This document shows, piece by piece, positions 10,229 through 19,749 of a stretch of 64,000 nt of DNA; positions within the stretch are counted from its first letter, which is position 1, and each line of letters opens with the position of its first letter. The notes below the pieces were generated by a model. The model saw only the letters and a program-made list of their open reading frames with translations. It had not been told where the DNA came from and made no database searches. The translations under genes were made by a program, and so were the position numbers. The stretch comes from an uncultured delta proteobacterium (lineage in GTDB: Bacteria > Myxococcota > Myxococcia > Myxococcales > Myxococcaceae), in NCBI GenBank assembly GCA_963796055.1, contig CAWCKH010000005.1, positions 188,579 to 252,578 of the forward strand, in the 5' to 3' direction.

Positions 10229-10758
10229 TTCTTCTGTGCGCCAAAGGGCTGGTAGCCGAACTTCTGCCCGCCCACGCTCGCCTCGTACATGAGCCCGGAC
10301 TTTGTGGCGACGAAGATGGCCACCCCGTTCTCGTAGTTGGCGCTGGCTGCTGCACCAGCCGACAGCGCCACGGCCGAGGCCTGCGCCGCCAGGGCGAAGT
10401 TGCCCTTCTTGAAGTCGTTGAGCGTCGAGGCGTCCTTGAAGAAGACGATCTCCGAGAAGCTCTCGCCGCCGAGCTGGAAGCCTACGCTGGCCTGACCCAG
10501 CGAGGCCTTTCCCACCGGCTGGCCACCGACGAAGAGGATCCCGTCGCCGCCGGCCCCGCCCACGATGAAACCCCCCTTGATGATGTTGGGGAACACCGCG
10601 TAGCCCGCGGCGGAGGAGAGGAACTTCTCGACGTTCGCGTCCTTCTTCTTGAAGTCCTGGACCACCGCCCGGGAGCTGGAGATCAGGTCGTCGTCGCCGG
10701 CCCGGGCCGCGGTTGCGGCCAGAACCACGAGTACGGGAAACACGGTTGAAAGTCTCAT
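10225..10758 (-). CDS. Ysc84/SYLF lipid-binding domain exported protein, paralog 1
   Basis: Signal peptide; AVFP..KGGFIVGGAGGDG, ASVGFQLGG, GLMYEASVGGQKF. Confidence 0.8.
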   Translation of the reverse strand: MRLSTVFPVLVVLAATAARAGDDDLISSSRAVVQDFKKKDANVEKFLSSAAGYAVFPNIIKGGFIVGGAGGDGILFVGGQPVGKASLGQASVGFQLGGESFSEIVFFKDASTLNDFKKGNFALAAQASAVALSAGAAASANYENGVAIFVATKSGLMYEASVGGQKFGYQPFGAQKK

Positions 10759-10867
10759 TCCGAGAGCCTAGTCGGTCCCCGGCGCAGCAGCCCCCGGAAC
10801 GTCAGGCCTGGCCGGCGCAGCGCAGGATGGCGGACACCGAGCGGGCCCGTCGCCCGCCGGACCAGCG

Positions 10868-11395
10868 TCACTTCTTGAACGGCTCGTAGCCGAACTTCTG
10901 GCCGCCCACGCTGGCCTCGTACATCAGGCCGCCCTTCGTCGCGGTGAACACCGCCACCCCGTGCTCGTACTTCGCATTGGCCGACGCTCCTGCCGCCAGG
11001 GCCACTGCCGAGGCCTGCGCCGCCAGCGCGAAATTCCCCTTCTTGAAGTCACTCAGCGCCGACGGGGTCTCGAAGAAGATGATCTCCGAGTACGTCTGAC
11101 CGCCGAGCTGGAAGCCGATGCTGGCCTGTCCCATCGACGACCTTCCTATCGGCTGGCCCCCCACGAAGAGGACGCCGTCGCCGCCGGCCCCACCCACCCC
11201 GACGGCTCCCTTGGCGATGGTGGGGAACACCACGTAGCCGGCAGCCGAGCCGAAGAACTTGTCCAGCTTCGGGTCCGTCTTCTTGAAGGTCGCGATGGTG
11301 GCCTTGGCTTCGGAGGTCAGCGCCGCGTTGTCGGCGGCGAGGGCGACCGAGGCCGCCAGGAGGGACACGACCAGCAGGGGGGCGAGGGTGCGCAT
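10868..11395 (-). CDS. Ysc84/SYLF lipid-binding domain exported protein, paralog 2
   Basis: Same motifs; highly similar to 10225-10758. Confidence 0.8.
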   Translation of the reverse strand: MRTLAPLLVVSLLAASVALAADNAALTSEAKATIATFKKTDPKLDKFFGSAAGYVVFPTIAKGAVGVGGAGGDGVLFVGGQPIGRSSMGQASIGFQLGGQTYSEIIFFETPSALSDFKKGNFALAAQASAVALAAGASANAKYEHGVAVFTATKGGLMYEASVGGQKFGYEPFKK

Positions 11396-11453
11396 GCCGC
11401 GGACCCTACCCCTTCCGACCGGGGCGGTTAACAGAAACGGCTCGCCCGAAGGA

Positions 11454-12842
11454 TCAGGCCCTCCCGGCGCAGCGGAGGATGGCGGAGACCGACCGGTCCA
11501 CGTCCTCCTCGGTGGTGTTCCACCCCGAGACGCTGATCCGCATCACGTCCTGCTCCTTCCACCTGCTCCCCCCGAGCCAGCAGGTCCCATCGGCCTGCAC
11601 CCGGGAGATGACCTCGCGGGTGAAGGCGTCCGCATCCCCGCCGCCCGTAGGCTCGAACCGCACCAGCACCTGGTTGAGCACCACCTCGTTCAGCACCCGG
11701 ACGCCGGGGGCCCGTCTCAGCTGCTCGGCGAAGCGCCGTGCCCGGGCGCAGCAGCGATCCACCAGCTCCTCCACCCCGCGCCGGCCGAGCGCGCGGAGCG
11801 CGGCGTACACCGCGGTGCCGCGCCCGCGCCGGCTGAACTCGGGGACGAAGTCCACCCCGTCGCGCTGCTCACTGGACTTCACCAGGTAGCTCGCCGAGGT
11901 CCCCATCGCGCGCCGGAGCACCTCCGCATCCCGGACGATGGCCACTCCCGAGTCGTAGGGGACGTTGAGCCACTTGTGGGTGTCCACCGCCCAGCTGTCC
12001 GCCGCCTCCACGCCGCGCAGGAGTTTTCGGGTGGCCGGGCTCGCCGCGCCCCACATTCCGAAGGCGCCATCGACGTGCACCCAGGCGCCGTGCGCGTGGG
12101 CCGCGGCGACCAGGGGCTCCATCGGGTCCACCGCCCCGGAGTTGACGTTCCCCGCCTGCAGACAGACCAGGGTGGGTCCCTTGCAGGCGGCCAGCACCGG
12201 ACCGAGCGCCTCCGGTTCCATTCGCCCCTGGGCGTCGGCGCGCACCCGCTTCACCCGGGCCTGTCCCAGCCCAAGGTAGCGCAGGGAACGGAGGACGGTG
12301 ACGTGCACCTCCTCGCCGACCACCACGTGGATCTCCGGAGCGCCGTAGAGCCCGTGGTCCGACACGTCCCAGCCCACCCGGCTCAGCAGCGCGTGGCGCG
12401 CGGCCGAGAGCCCGGTGAAGTTGGCCATCTGTCCGCCGGTCACGAAGCCCACCCCGGCGTCGACCGGGAGCCCGAGCAGACCGTTCAGCCACCGCCCGGC
12501 GATGTCCTCGAGGACGGCGACCGTGGGGGAGAGGATGTACAGGCCGCAGTTCTGATCCCAGGCCGAGGTGAGCCAGTCCGCACCGAGCGCCACCGGATGG
12601 CTCCCGCCGATGACGAAGCCGAAGAACCGCGGGCCCGCGGTGGCCATCAGCCCCGCCTCGCCGGCCCGGGCGAGCAGGTCGAGGACCTGGGCCGGATCCT
12701 CTCCCCGCTCGGGCAGCGCACCGCCGAAGGCCGCCTGCAGCGCGTGGAGCGACGCGGTGGGCCGCACCGGGCGCTTGCCGAGGGAGCCGATCCAGAAACG
12801 GGCGTGCGCGAGCGCGCGGTCCAGCGGGGCGAGAGGGTCCAT
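11454..12842 (-). CDS. Group II PLP-dependent decarboxylase
   Basis: PRFFGFV, HVDGAFG, DSWAVDTHKWLNVPYD (PLP lysine). Confidence 0.9.
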   Translation of the reverse strand: MDPLAPLDRALAHARFWIGSLGKRPVRPTASLHALQAAFGGALPERGEDPAQVLDLLARAGEAGLMATAGPRFFGFVIGGSHPVALGADWLTSAWDQNCGLYILSPTVAVLEDIAGRWLNGLLGLPVDAGVGFVTGGQMANFTGLSAARHALLSRVGWDVSDHGLYGAPEIHVVVGEEVHVTVLRSLRYLGLGQARVKRVRADAQGRMEPEALGPVLAACKGPTLVCLQAGNVNSGAVDPMEPLVAAAHAHGAWVHVDGAFGMWGAASPATRKLLRGVEAADSWAVDTHKWLNVPYDSGVAIVRDAEVLRRAMGTSASYLVKSSEQRDGVDFVPEFSRRGRGTAVYAALRALGRRGVEELVDRCCARARRFAEQLRRAPGVRVLNEVVLNQVLVRFEPTGGGDADAFTREVISRVQADGTCWLGGSRWKEQDVMRISVSGWNTTEEDVDRSVSAILRCAGRA

Positions 12843-12934
12843 GGAGGGCGCACCGTGCCCCCATCGCCGCCCTCGCAGCAAGCACAGGGCGCCGCCGATG
12901 CAGCCGGAACAGCGCCCGACGAAGCAGGCCCGTG

Positions 12935-13537
12935 TCAGTCCAGACGCCGGTAGCTCAGGGTCACGTCCACCGGCGCCGAGAGCCGACCGCTCTGCATCAG
13001 GCGGCGGACGCGGAGGGTGCGGCCGTCCGTGGATGGGGTGAAGACCGTCTCGCCGGATCCGTCGGCGCCCTTCCCCGCCTCCACCAGCGCGCCCTCCCGG
13101 AGCCGGAAGGTGGTCTGGCTCTCGTCGCCGAAGCGGTCGGTGACGTCGACCGGTGGACCGCCCACCTCGCCCCGCTCGGTCGGGTGGTCGGGCGAGGCGA
13201 TGCTCACCGTCGAGCCCTCGAAGCTCAGGGTGTAGGTCGGTCGTGGACTGGCACGGGCCCGCAGCGCCTCGGCCGCGAAGCCACGGGCGAGGAATCCCAT
13301 GTCCGCCGTTGCGCGCTCCACTGCCTCCTCCACCTGCGCCAGCTCGGCGTCACCGCCGGCATAGACCCAGGTACCGGCGAGCGCCGAACGTTCGGCCTCG
13401 GAGATCTGCGTCCCTCCGGCCGGCGGTGCGGCAGCTGATGGCTCGGCGGGAGGCGGCGCGTGGGCGCAGGCGGCGAGCGAGAGCAGAACGAGGGTCGGCG
13501 CCAGGCAGAGGTGCGGTGATGCTCGGCTCGGGCGCAT
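12935..13537 (-). CDS. Hypothetical lipoprotein
   Basis: LVLLSLAAC lipobox, Pro/Ala linker, LAGTW beta-rich domain. Confidence 0.65.
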   Translation of the reverse strand: MRPSRASPHLCLAPTLVLLSLAACAHAPPPAEPSAAAPPAGGTQISEAERSALAGTWVYAGGDAELAQVEEAVERATADMGFLARGFAAEALRARASPRPTYTLSFEGSTVSIASPDHPTERGEVGGPPVDVTDRFGDESQTTFRLREGALVEAGKGADGSGETVFTPSTDGRTLRVRRLMQSGRLSAPVDVTLSYRRLD

Positions 13538-13593
13538 CGGACGGGAGCTACCCACGAGCAGTCCTCGGCGCAACCGCCGGCCAGGGCCGCTTC

Positions 13594-13902
13594 CTAGAGC
13601 GGCAGGGCCAGCGCGGCCCGGGGCACGAGGTAGCGGAGCATCCGCTCGTGGTGCGCGTTCAGGCCCACGAACGAGACCGGACCGCGGTGCCGATCCACCA
13701 CCCACTCCAGGACCTCGGCCAGCGCGTGGTCCGAGAGGTCCACGGTGCGGGTGAAGTCCACGCGCACCGGTACGCGGGCTCCGAGCTCGGTGAGGCGCTG
13801 GCGCAGCTCGGCAGCCTCGGTCACGCCGAACTCCCGGCCGGCGCGGAACTCCGGTCCTTCTTCCCTCGTGCCCATCCAGGCAACCTCGAATGCCCGACCC
13901 AT
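13594..13902 (-). CDS. Small STAS-like protein
   Basis: VRVDFTRTVDLSDHALA...FVGLNAHHERMLRYL resembles a STAS fold; divergent from hsp20. Confidence 0.5.
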   Translation of the reverse strand: MGRAFEVAWMGTREEGPEFRAGREFGVTEAAELRQRLTELGARVPVRVDFTRTVDLSDHALAEVLEWVVDRHRGPVSFVGLNAHHERMLRYLVPRAALALPL

Positions 13903-14079
13903 GATGACGTCGCCTCCGCCAGGGGTGCGTGGAGGGGACGTGCACCTGCCGTACCGGCTGCGGATCGATCATCAGAGCGGACGGATGGCTCCGAGCAGTT
14001 CTGCTGTCGGAGCCGACGCGTCGCGCATTGCCGACGAACGATGTGCGCTCCGCGAAGCGTGCTGCGCCCGGAAAGATCG

Positions 14080-14094
14080 TGGCTCGGAAAATGC
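14080..14094 (+). promoter_or_regulatory. Putative sigma-54 promoter of hsp20
   Basis: TGGCTCGGAAAATGC = GG-N10-GC, 47 nt before the ATG. Confidence 0.55.
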
Positions 14095-14141
14095 TCGCTC
14101 CCCCGGCGGCCCGAGCAGACAGCGGGCCAGTGGAGGCTGTC

Positions 14142-14624
14142 ATGAACGACGTGATCGTACGCAGGACCCCCGAGCTACCGACGCTCGCCCCGTTGCATCC
14201 GCTTCGCTCGCTGCGCGAGCTGCTCGCGTGGGACCCGTTCCAGGAGATGGCGCCGCTGTTCCCGGTGGAGATGCACCGGGTGATTCCTCCGTTCGAGGTG
14301 CGAGAGACGAAGGACCGCTTCGTGTTCCAGGCGGATCTGCCCGGCGTGGAGGTCAAGGACATCGAGATCTTCCTCACCGGCAACCGGCTCACCATCAACG
14401 GGACGCGGATCGACAAGGTGGAGAAGGGCGAAGAGGGCGAGTACTACGCTCGTGAGCGGACCTACGGCGGCTTCAGCCGTTCGTTCACCCTTCCCGAGGG
14501 CGCGGATCTGAGCGCGGTTCAGGCGAACCTGACCAACGGCGTGCTCACCATCGTGTTCCCGAAGCTGGCCGCGGTGCAGCCGAAGAAGATCCCGGTGACG
14601 GTGGAGAAGGCCGCCCGAGTGTAG
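14142..14624 (+). CDS. Hsp20/alpha-crystallin small heat-shock protein
   Basis: WDPFQEM, ADLPGV, ERTYGGFSRSFTLP, ANLTNGVLTI, C-terminal IPV motif; RBS GGAGG. Confidence 0.92.
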   Translation: MNDVIVRRTPELPTLAPLHPLRSLRELLAWDPFQEMAPLFPVEMHRVIPPFEVRETKDRFVFQADLPGVEVKDIEIFLTGNRLTINGTRIDKVEKGEEGEYYARERTYGGFSRSFTLPEGADLSAVQANLTNGVLTIVFPKLAAVQPKKIPVTVEKAARV

Positions 14625-14879
14625 CTCCAGCAGTCCAGGGAGTCTTCAGCAATCTGCCGGGGCCGCAGCGGTTGCGTTCCGGGGCCCGTGCACTGCAATC
14701 GGTGCACCCCCTCCGAACTGCCGACCCCGGCAGCGCCCACGAGTTCTCAGTCACTTCCTCGGGCGTGCACAGCCGATGTACGCCCCTCGCCACGAAGACA
14801 TCGTGGAACCCCCGTGGCCGGGGGGAGGGCGGGGCGGTGCAGCCGAACGGCCGTCCCGCCCGCTTTCCGTTCGCGGACC

Positions 14880-16289
14880 TCAGCTCTCTGGGCCGTTCCC
14901 CGGGCTGGGGCCGGGTTGCGCCGCGCTCTCCTCGCGTTCCTGCGCATACTGCTTGAGCCGGTACTGGATGGTGCGGGTGCTGATGCCCAGCATCGCCGCG
15001 GCGCGCGAGGTGGAGCCGCCGACGACCTCCAGCGTCCGGAGGATCGCCTGCTTCTCGATCTCCTGCCACGTGCCGCCGGGGATGAGGCTGCTCATCGGCC
15101 GGTCGGAGGGGCGTGCGCCGAGGACGGTGGGCGGCAGATCGTCGGTGGTGAGGTACGGGCCCTGGGCCAGCACCACCGCGCGCTCGATGGAGTTCTCGAG
15201 CTCGCGGACGTTGCCCGGCCAGTCGTGACGGAGCAGGGCCTGGAGGGTGCCCGGGGCGAGCCCCTGGATCTTCTTCCCGTGGAGCTCGGTGAAGCGCCGG
15301 AGGAAGTGCGAGACCAGCGCCGGGATGTCCCCCTTGCGTGCCCGGAGCGGGGGCAGGGTCACCGAGATGACGTTCAGCCGGTAGAACAGGTCCTCGCGGA
15401 AGTGGCCGGCGGCGACCTCTGCGGCGAGGTCCTTGTTGGTGGCGGTGAGCAGCCGGACGTCGACCTTCAGGGTCTCGGTGCCACCCACCCGCTCGAACTC
15501 GCGGGTCTGGAGCACCCGGAGCAGCTTCACCTGGACCGACGGGGAGACGTCGCCAATCTCGTCGAGGAAGATCGTGCCCCCGTCAGCCCGCTCGAAGCGG
15601 CCCTCGCGCCGGGACACCGCGCCGGTGAAGGACCCTCGTTCGTGGCCGAAGAGCTCGGACTCGAGGAGCGTCTCGGTGAGCGCTCCGCAGTTCACCCGGA
15701 CGAAGGGGCGGTCCTTCCTTGGAGACAGCTCGTGCAGGGCCTGGGCGATGAGCTCCTTGCCGGTCCCCGACTCGCCGAGGATGAGCACGTTGGCGCGGGT
15801 GGGAGCGGCCCGCTGGACGACCTCGAACACCTCGCGGAGCGCCGGGCTGTCGCCGACGATGTTGTCGAAGTGGACCCGCTCGCGCACCCGGGCGCGCAGG
15901 CTCGCCGCTTCCTGGACCAGATGGCGCTTCTCCAGGGCCTTCTCGATGACCACCAGGACCGCCCGCTCGTCGAGCGGCTTCACCAGGAAGGTCTCCGCCC
16001 CGGCCTTCATCGCCTCCACCGCCATCTCGATGGAGCCGAAGGCGGTCATCACCACGAAGACGGAGTCGATGCCGCTCTCCCGTGCCTCGCGCAGCAGGGT
16101 GAGCCCATCCATCCGCTGCATCCGCACGTCCGCCAGGACCACGTCGGCCCCGGCGCTGCGGAGGACCGCCAGGGCCTCCACCCCGTCGCCGGCCTCGCTG
16201 ACCGCGTAACCCTCCTCGGTCAGGATGGTCCGCAGCGCACCGCGGGCGTTCGGCTCGTCGTCCACCACGAGGATGCGCGCTGACGCCAT
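14880..16289 (-). CDS. Sigma-54-dependent response regulator (NtrC/AtoC family)
   Basis: Receiver domain, GESGTGKE, ESELFGHERGSFTGA, FLDEIG, WPGNVREL, Fis-type HTH. Confidence 0.95.
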   Translation of the reverse strand: MASARILVVDDEPNARGALRTILTEEGYAVSEAGDGVEALAVLRSAGADVVLADVRMQRMDGLTLLREARESGIDSVFVVMTAFGSIEMAVEAMKAGAETFLVKPLDERAVLVVIEKALEKRHLVQEAASLRARVRERVHFDNIVGDSPALREVFEVVQRAAPTRANVLILGESGTGKELIAQALHELSPRKDRPFVRVNCGALTETLLESELFGHERGSFTGAVSRREGRFERADGGTIFLDEIGDVSPSVQVKLLRVLQTREFERVGGTETLKVDVRLLTATNKDLAAEVAAGHFREDLFYRLNVISVTLPPLRARKGDIPALVSHFLRRFTELHGKKIQGLAPGTLQALLRHDWPGNVRELENSIERAVVLAQGPYLTTDDLPPTVLGARPSDRPMSSLIPGGTWQEIEKQAILRTLEVVGGSTSRAAAMLGISTRTIQYRLKQYAQEREESAAQPGPSPGNGPES

Positions 16290-16373
16290 GTGTGGGTCGG
16301 CACTTTAGCAAAAGCCGGGCCGGCCCGTGTGTCGCCTTTTCCAGTGGATCCGGACTATCTGTGCGTCCAGCGC

Positions 16374-17516
16374 ATGACAGGGTTCTTCGTCGAGCTGCTG
16401 GACTACGTGGGGTTCGGGCACGCGGACCAGGTGATCCTGCGCGCTCTGCACCCCGGCCTGGCGCCGGAGTTCCCCGAGGTCTCGGAGGTCTTCTATGCCC
16501 GCATCCTCGAGTACCCCCCGGCCCGCGCGGTGCTCGAGCGAGGGGAGAGCTCGGTGGGCCGGCTCAAGCACTCGCTGGTGGCATGGATGGACGGGCTGTT
16601 CCAGGGGCCGTGGGACGGGGCGTACGTGGAGCGGCGTGCGCGGATCGGCCGGGCGCACGTCCGCATCGGGCTCCCGCAGCACTACATGTTCGGGGCGATG
16701 AACGTGCTCCGCCGCGAGCTCTCCGCCCGGATCTCCCGGCTGGTGCCCCCCACCTCCGCCGAGCACCACGTGGCGCAGAACGCGCTGTCCCGGATGCTGG
16801 ACCTCGAGCTGGCGATCATGCTCCAGACCTACCGGGAGGACCTGGAGGCGCAGAAGGCCCGCACCGAGCGGCTCTCGACCTTTGGCCAGGTGGTGGCGAG
16901 CATCGGCCACGAGCTGAGAAACCCGCTGGGCGTCGCCGAGTCGTCGGTCTTCCTCCTGGAGAAGCGCGTGGGAGGAGACCCCAACGCCCGGAAGCATCTG
17001 CAACGCATCGGCGAGCAGATCGCGGTCGCCAACGGCATCGTCGGGGCGCTGCTGGACCTGGTGCGCGACCGGCCCATGGACGCCCAGCCGCTGATGCTGT
17101 CCGAGCTGGTGGAGAGCGCGGTGGACCGGGTTCCCCGGCCGGAGGGGATCACCGTGGAGGTGAGGCCCCTCGACACGCTGCGCGTCCTGGGCGACGCTGC
17201 CCAGCTCCGGCAGGTATTCGTGAACCTGGTCCAGAACGCGGTCGACGCGTGCGGGCAGACCGGGCGGGTGACGGTGGAGGCCCGGAGCGTGGAGGGGAAG
17301 GTGGAGGTCGCGGTGGAGGACAACGGACACGGTCTGGACGCCTCGATCAAGGCCCGGCTCTTCGAGCCGCTCATCACCACCAAGTCCAAGGGCGTCGGCC
17401 TGGGCCTGGCGCTCGTCCGGCGCATCGTCGAGCGGCACGGCGGCACCATCGCCCACGTGGCCCCTCCCACCCGTGGGGCGCGCTTCGTGCTCACCCTCCC
17501 GGGGGTGAGGTCATGA
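16374..17516 (+). CDS. Globin-coupled (protoglobin) O2-sensor histidine kinase, AfGcHK-like
   Basis: N-terminal globin (FY distal Tyr, RIGRAHVRIGLPQHYMFGAM proximal His) plus GHELRNP H-box, NAVDA and GLGL; closely recalls Anaeromyxobacter AfGcHK from memory, not from an alignment. Confidence 0.88.
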   Translation: MTGFFVELLDYVGFGHADQVILRALHPGLAPEFPEVSEVFYARILEYPPARAVLERGESSVGRLKHSLVAWMDGLFQGPWDGAYVERRARIGRAHVRIGLPQHYMFGAMNVLRRELSARISRLVPPTSAEHHVAQNALSRMLDLELAIMLQTYREDLEAQKARTERLSTFGQVVASIGHELRNPLGVAESSVFLLEKRVGGDPNARKHLQRIGEQIAVANGIVGALLDLVRDRPMDAQPLMLSELVESAVDRVPRPEGITVEVRPLDTLRVLGDAAQLRQVFVNLVQNAVDACGQTGRVTVEARSVEGKVEVAVEDNGHGLDASIKARLFEPLITTKSKGVGLGLALVRRIVERHGGTIAHVAPPTRGARFVLTLPGVRS

Positions 17517-18157
17517 CTGCGGCGGGGGCACGGCGATACCTGGTGGTGGACGACAACCAGCCGCTTGCCGAGAACCTGGCGGAGATCCTCGAGACCAGCG
17601 GCGCCGAGGTGGACGTCGAGCTCGACTCGCGGGTGGCGCTCGGCCGGCTGCAGGCGCGGCGGTACACCGCGCTGGTGACCGACATGCGGATGCCGGGGCT
17701 GGGTGGCGCCGAGCTGCTCGCCGCCGCCCGTGTCTCCGACCCTGGCCTACCGGCCCTGGTGGTCACCGCCTTCATCGGCGATGCGGAGCTGGCGCGGGTG
17801 GAGCGGATGGGCGTGCTGGCCACTCTGCCGAAGCCGGTGCCGGTGGAGACCCTCCTCCAACGCCTGGAGCACGCCCGTCGGGGCGCGGTGGTGTGGGTGG
17901 TGTGCGGCGCCGCCGACCGGGTCAGCCGGTTGATGGAGTTCGTCCGCGACCACGGGTGCACGCCCCTGCCGTTCGCCGCGGCCGAGGCGACCCCCACGGG
18001 CCCCACCCCGCTCCTGGCGGTGCTGGCCGACGCGCCGGAGGCCGAGGCCTGGGCCCGGGCCCATCCGGAGGTGCACGTGGTTCGCCTTCCGACGTCGCTC
18101 GAGGCTCTGGCCACCGCGCTCGACGCGGGCCTCGCAAGGTTCGAGGAGGGTGGGTGA
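17513..18157 (+). CDS. Response regulator (N-terminal receiver, degenerate C-terminal domain)
   Basis: YLVVDDN, TDMRMP, VTAF, LPKP; ATGA overlap with the kinase. Confidence 0.85.
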   Translation: MTAAGARRYLVVDDNQPLAENLAEILETSGAEVDVELDSRVALGRLQARRYTALVTDMRMPGLGGAELLAAARVSDPGLPALVVTAFIGDAELARVERMGVLATLPKPVPVETLLQRLEHARRGAVVWVVCGAADRVSRLMEFVRDHGCTPLPFAAAEATPTGPTPLLAVLADAPEAEAWARAHPEVHVVRLPTSLEALATALDAGLARFEEGG

Positions 18158-19236
18158 GCCAGGGGCGCATCCTCCTCGTCGACGACAACGTCGACCTGGT
18201 CGACAACCTGGGTGAGATCCTCGAGGACGAGGGGTACAAGGTGCTGCGCGCCACGAGCTGCGCCACCGCCCGGGCCCGCGCCGCCGAGGGGTTCGACGTG
18301 GCGCTGGTGGATCTCCGGTTGCCGGACGGAGACGGCACCGAGCTCGCCGCCGAGCTGCACCAGACGGTCCACGGGGCCGAGGTGGTGCTCCTGACCGGAT
18401 TCGCGAGCGTGGAGTCCGCGGCGGCGGCCATCCGCGCCGGCGCCTGCGCCTACCTGGTCAAGCCGTGCGCGGTGCCCGAGCTGCTGCTCACCGTGGGCCA
18501 GGCCCTCCGGCAGGTCCGGCTCCAGGCCGAGCGCGAGGAGCTGACCCGGCGCGCCCAGCTGGCGGAGAAGCTGGCCGCGGTGGGCCGGTTGACGGCCGGG
18601 CTCTCGCACGAGATCAGAAACCCGCTCAACGCTGCGGCGCTCCAGCTCTCGGTGCTCGAGCGGCGGGTCCGCAAGCTCCCCGAGAACGCTCAGTCTGCCC
18701 TGCTCGAGCCGCTGGTCCTGGTCCGCGACGAGATCCGACGGCTGGACCAGACGCTCCAGGACTTCCTCCTCTTCTCCCGTCCGCGGGAGCTGGTGCGCCG
18801 GCCGGTCTCGCTCGAGGGGCTGCTTCGCAAGGTTGCCGATCTCCTGTCGGGCGACGCCGAGGCTCGCCTGGTGCAGCTGGCGGTGGACGTGGCGCCCGGC
18901 ACCCCGGCGGCCGCCGCGGATGAAGGTGTCCTCCGGCAGGTGCTGCTGAATCTGATCCTCAACGCGCTGGACGTGAGCCCGCGTGGCGGTCGGGTCCTGC
19001 TGCAGGGGCGCGGGATGGAGGACGGGGTGGAGCTGGTGGTCGCGGACGAGGGTCCGGGCATCCCGCCGGAGGTCCGCGACCGGCTGTTCGAGCCGTTCTT
19101 CACCACCAAGCCCAATGGGACTGGGCTCGGGCTGGCCATCGTGCACAGCCTGGTGGACCAGCACGGTGGTCGGGTGTGGGTCGACCGGGCGGCCTCGAAC
19201 GGAGCGGCGTTTCACATCCGGCTTCCGCGGGCCTGA
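18154..19236 (+). CDS. Receiver-histidine kinase hybrid
   Basis: ILLVDDN, DLRLPD, SHEIRNPL, NALD, DEGPGI, FFTTK, GTGLGL; GTGA overlap. Confidence 0.9.
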   Translation: MSQGRILLVDDNVDLVDNLGEILEDEGYKVLRATSCATARARAAEGFDVALVDLRLPDGDGTELAAELHQTVHGAEVVLLTGFASVESAAAAIRAGACAYLVKPCAVPELLLTVGQALRQVRLQAEREELTRRAQLAEKLAAVGRLTAGLSHEIRNPLNAAALQLSVLERRVRKLPENAQSALLEPLVLVRDEIRRLDQTLQDFLLFSRPRELVRRPVSLEGLLRKVADLLSGDAEARLVQLAVDVAPGTPAAAADEGVLRQVLLNLILNALDVSPRGGRVLLQGRGMEDGVELVVADEGPGIPPEVRDRLFEPFFTTKPNGTGLGLAIVHSLVDQHGGRVWVDRAASNGAAFHIRLPRA

Positions 19237-19337
19237 GCGACGCGCCTGCCGCAACCCTTGCGCGCCCGCGACCGCTGACCGCAGACCCTGCACCCGAAAG
19301 GGCAGTGCGGGAACCGGATCAGAGTGAAGACCCCCGT

Positions 19338-19353
19338 CGGCGCGACCATTGCT
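19338..19353 (+). promoter_or_regulatory. Putative sigma-54 promoter of the DksA/TraR-like gene
   Basis: CGGCGCGACCATTGCT = GG-N10-GC with TTGC; upstream palindrome CGCAACCCTTGCG (19250-19262) and related CGCAGACCCTGCA (19280-19292). Confidence 0.55.
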
Positions 19354-19369
19354 GACGTCCCGATCGACG

Positions 19370-19636
19370 ATGGGACTCACACCGGCGGAGACGCGGGCGC
19401 GGAACCGCTTGCTAATGCGGCGAGCGGTTCTGGCCCGAGCAGGGCAGAACCGAACCGAGGATCCCGAGGCGGAGCTGAACCGGATCGAGGCGGCCCTCCG
19501 GCGCATCGAGGAGGGCCGCTACGGGATCTGCGACGACTGCGGCGCAGCGATCGGAGCCCAGGTTCTCCTCACCAATCCGGCCTCTCCGCTCTGCGCGGCC
19601 TGCGCATCGCGCCCCGACCGGCACCACGGCGCCTGA
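19370..19636 (+). CDS. TraR/DksA C4 zinc-finger protein (short form)
   Basis: ELNRIEAALRRIEEGRYGICDDCGAAI...LCAAC. Confidence 0.8.
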   Translation: MGLTPAETRARNRLLMRRAVLARAGQNRTEDPEAELNRIEAALRRIEEGRYGICDDCGAAIGAQVLLTNPASPLCAACASRPDRHHGA

Positions 19637-19749
19637 GGGGCCGCCGATTGGCCAGGACTTGACGCATCGCGACCTCGGCGTGTGTGCTCTCCGTGGGGGC
19701 TGCCCTCGCGGGCGCGCCCGATGCAAGATTCCGCCAGGGGAGGAGCGCC

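Noticed and set aside
15615..15640. GSFTGA instead of GAFTGA as a sign of an inactive activator
   Set aside because: GSFTGA is a common natural variant and the other AAA+ motifs are intact.
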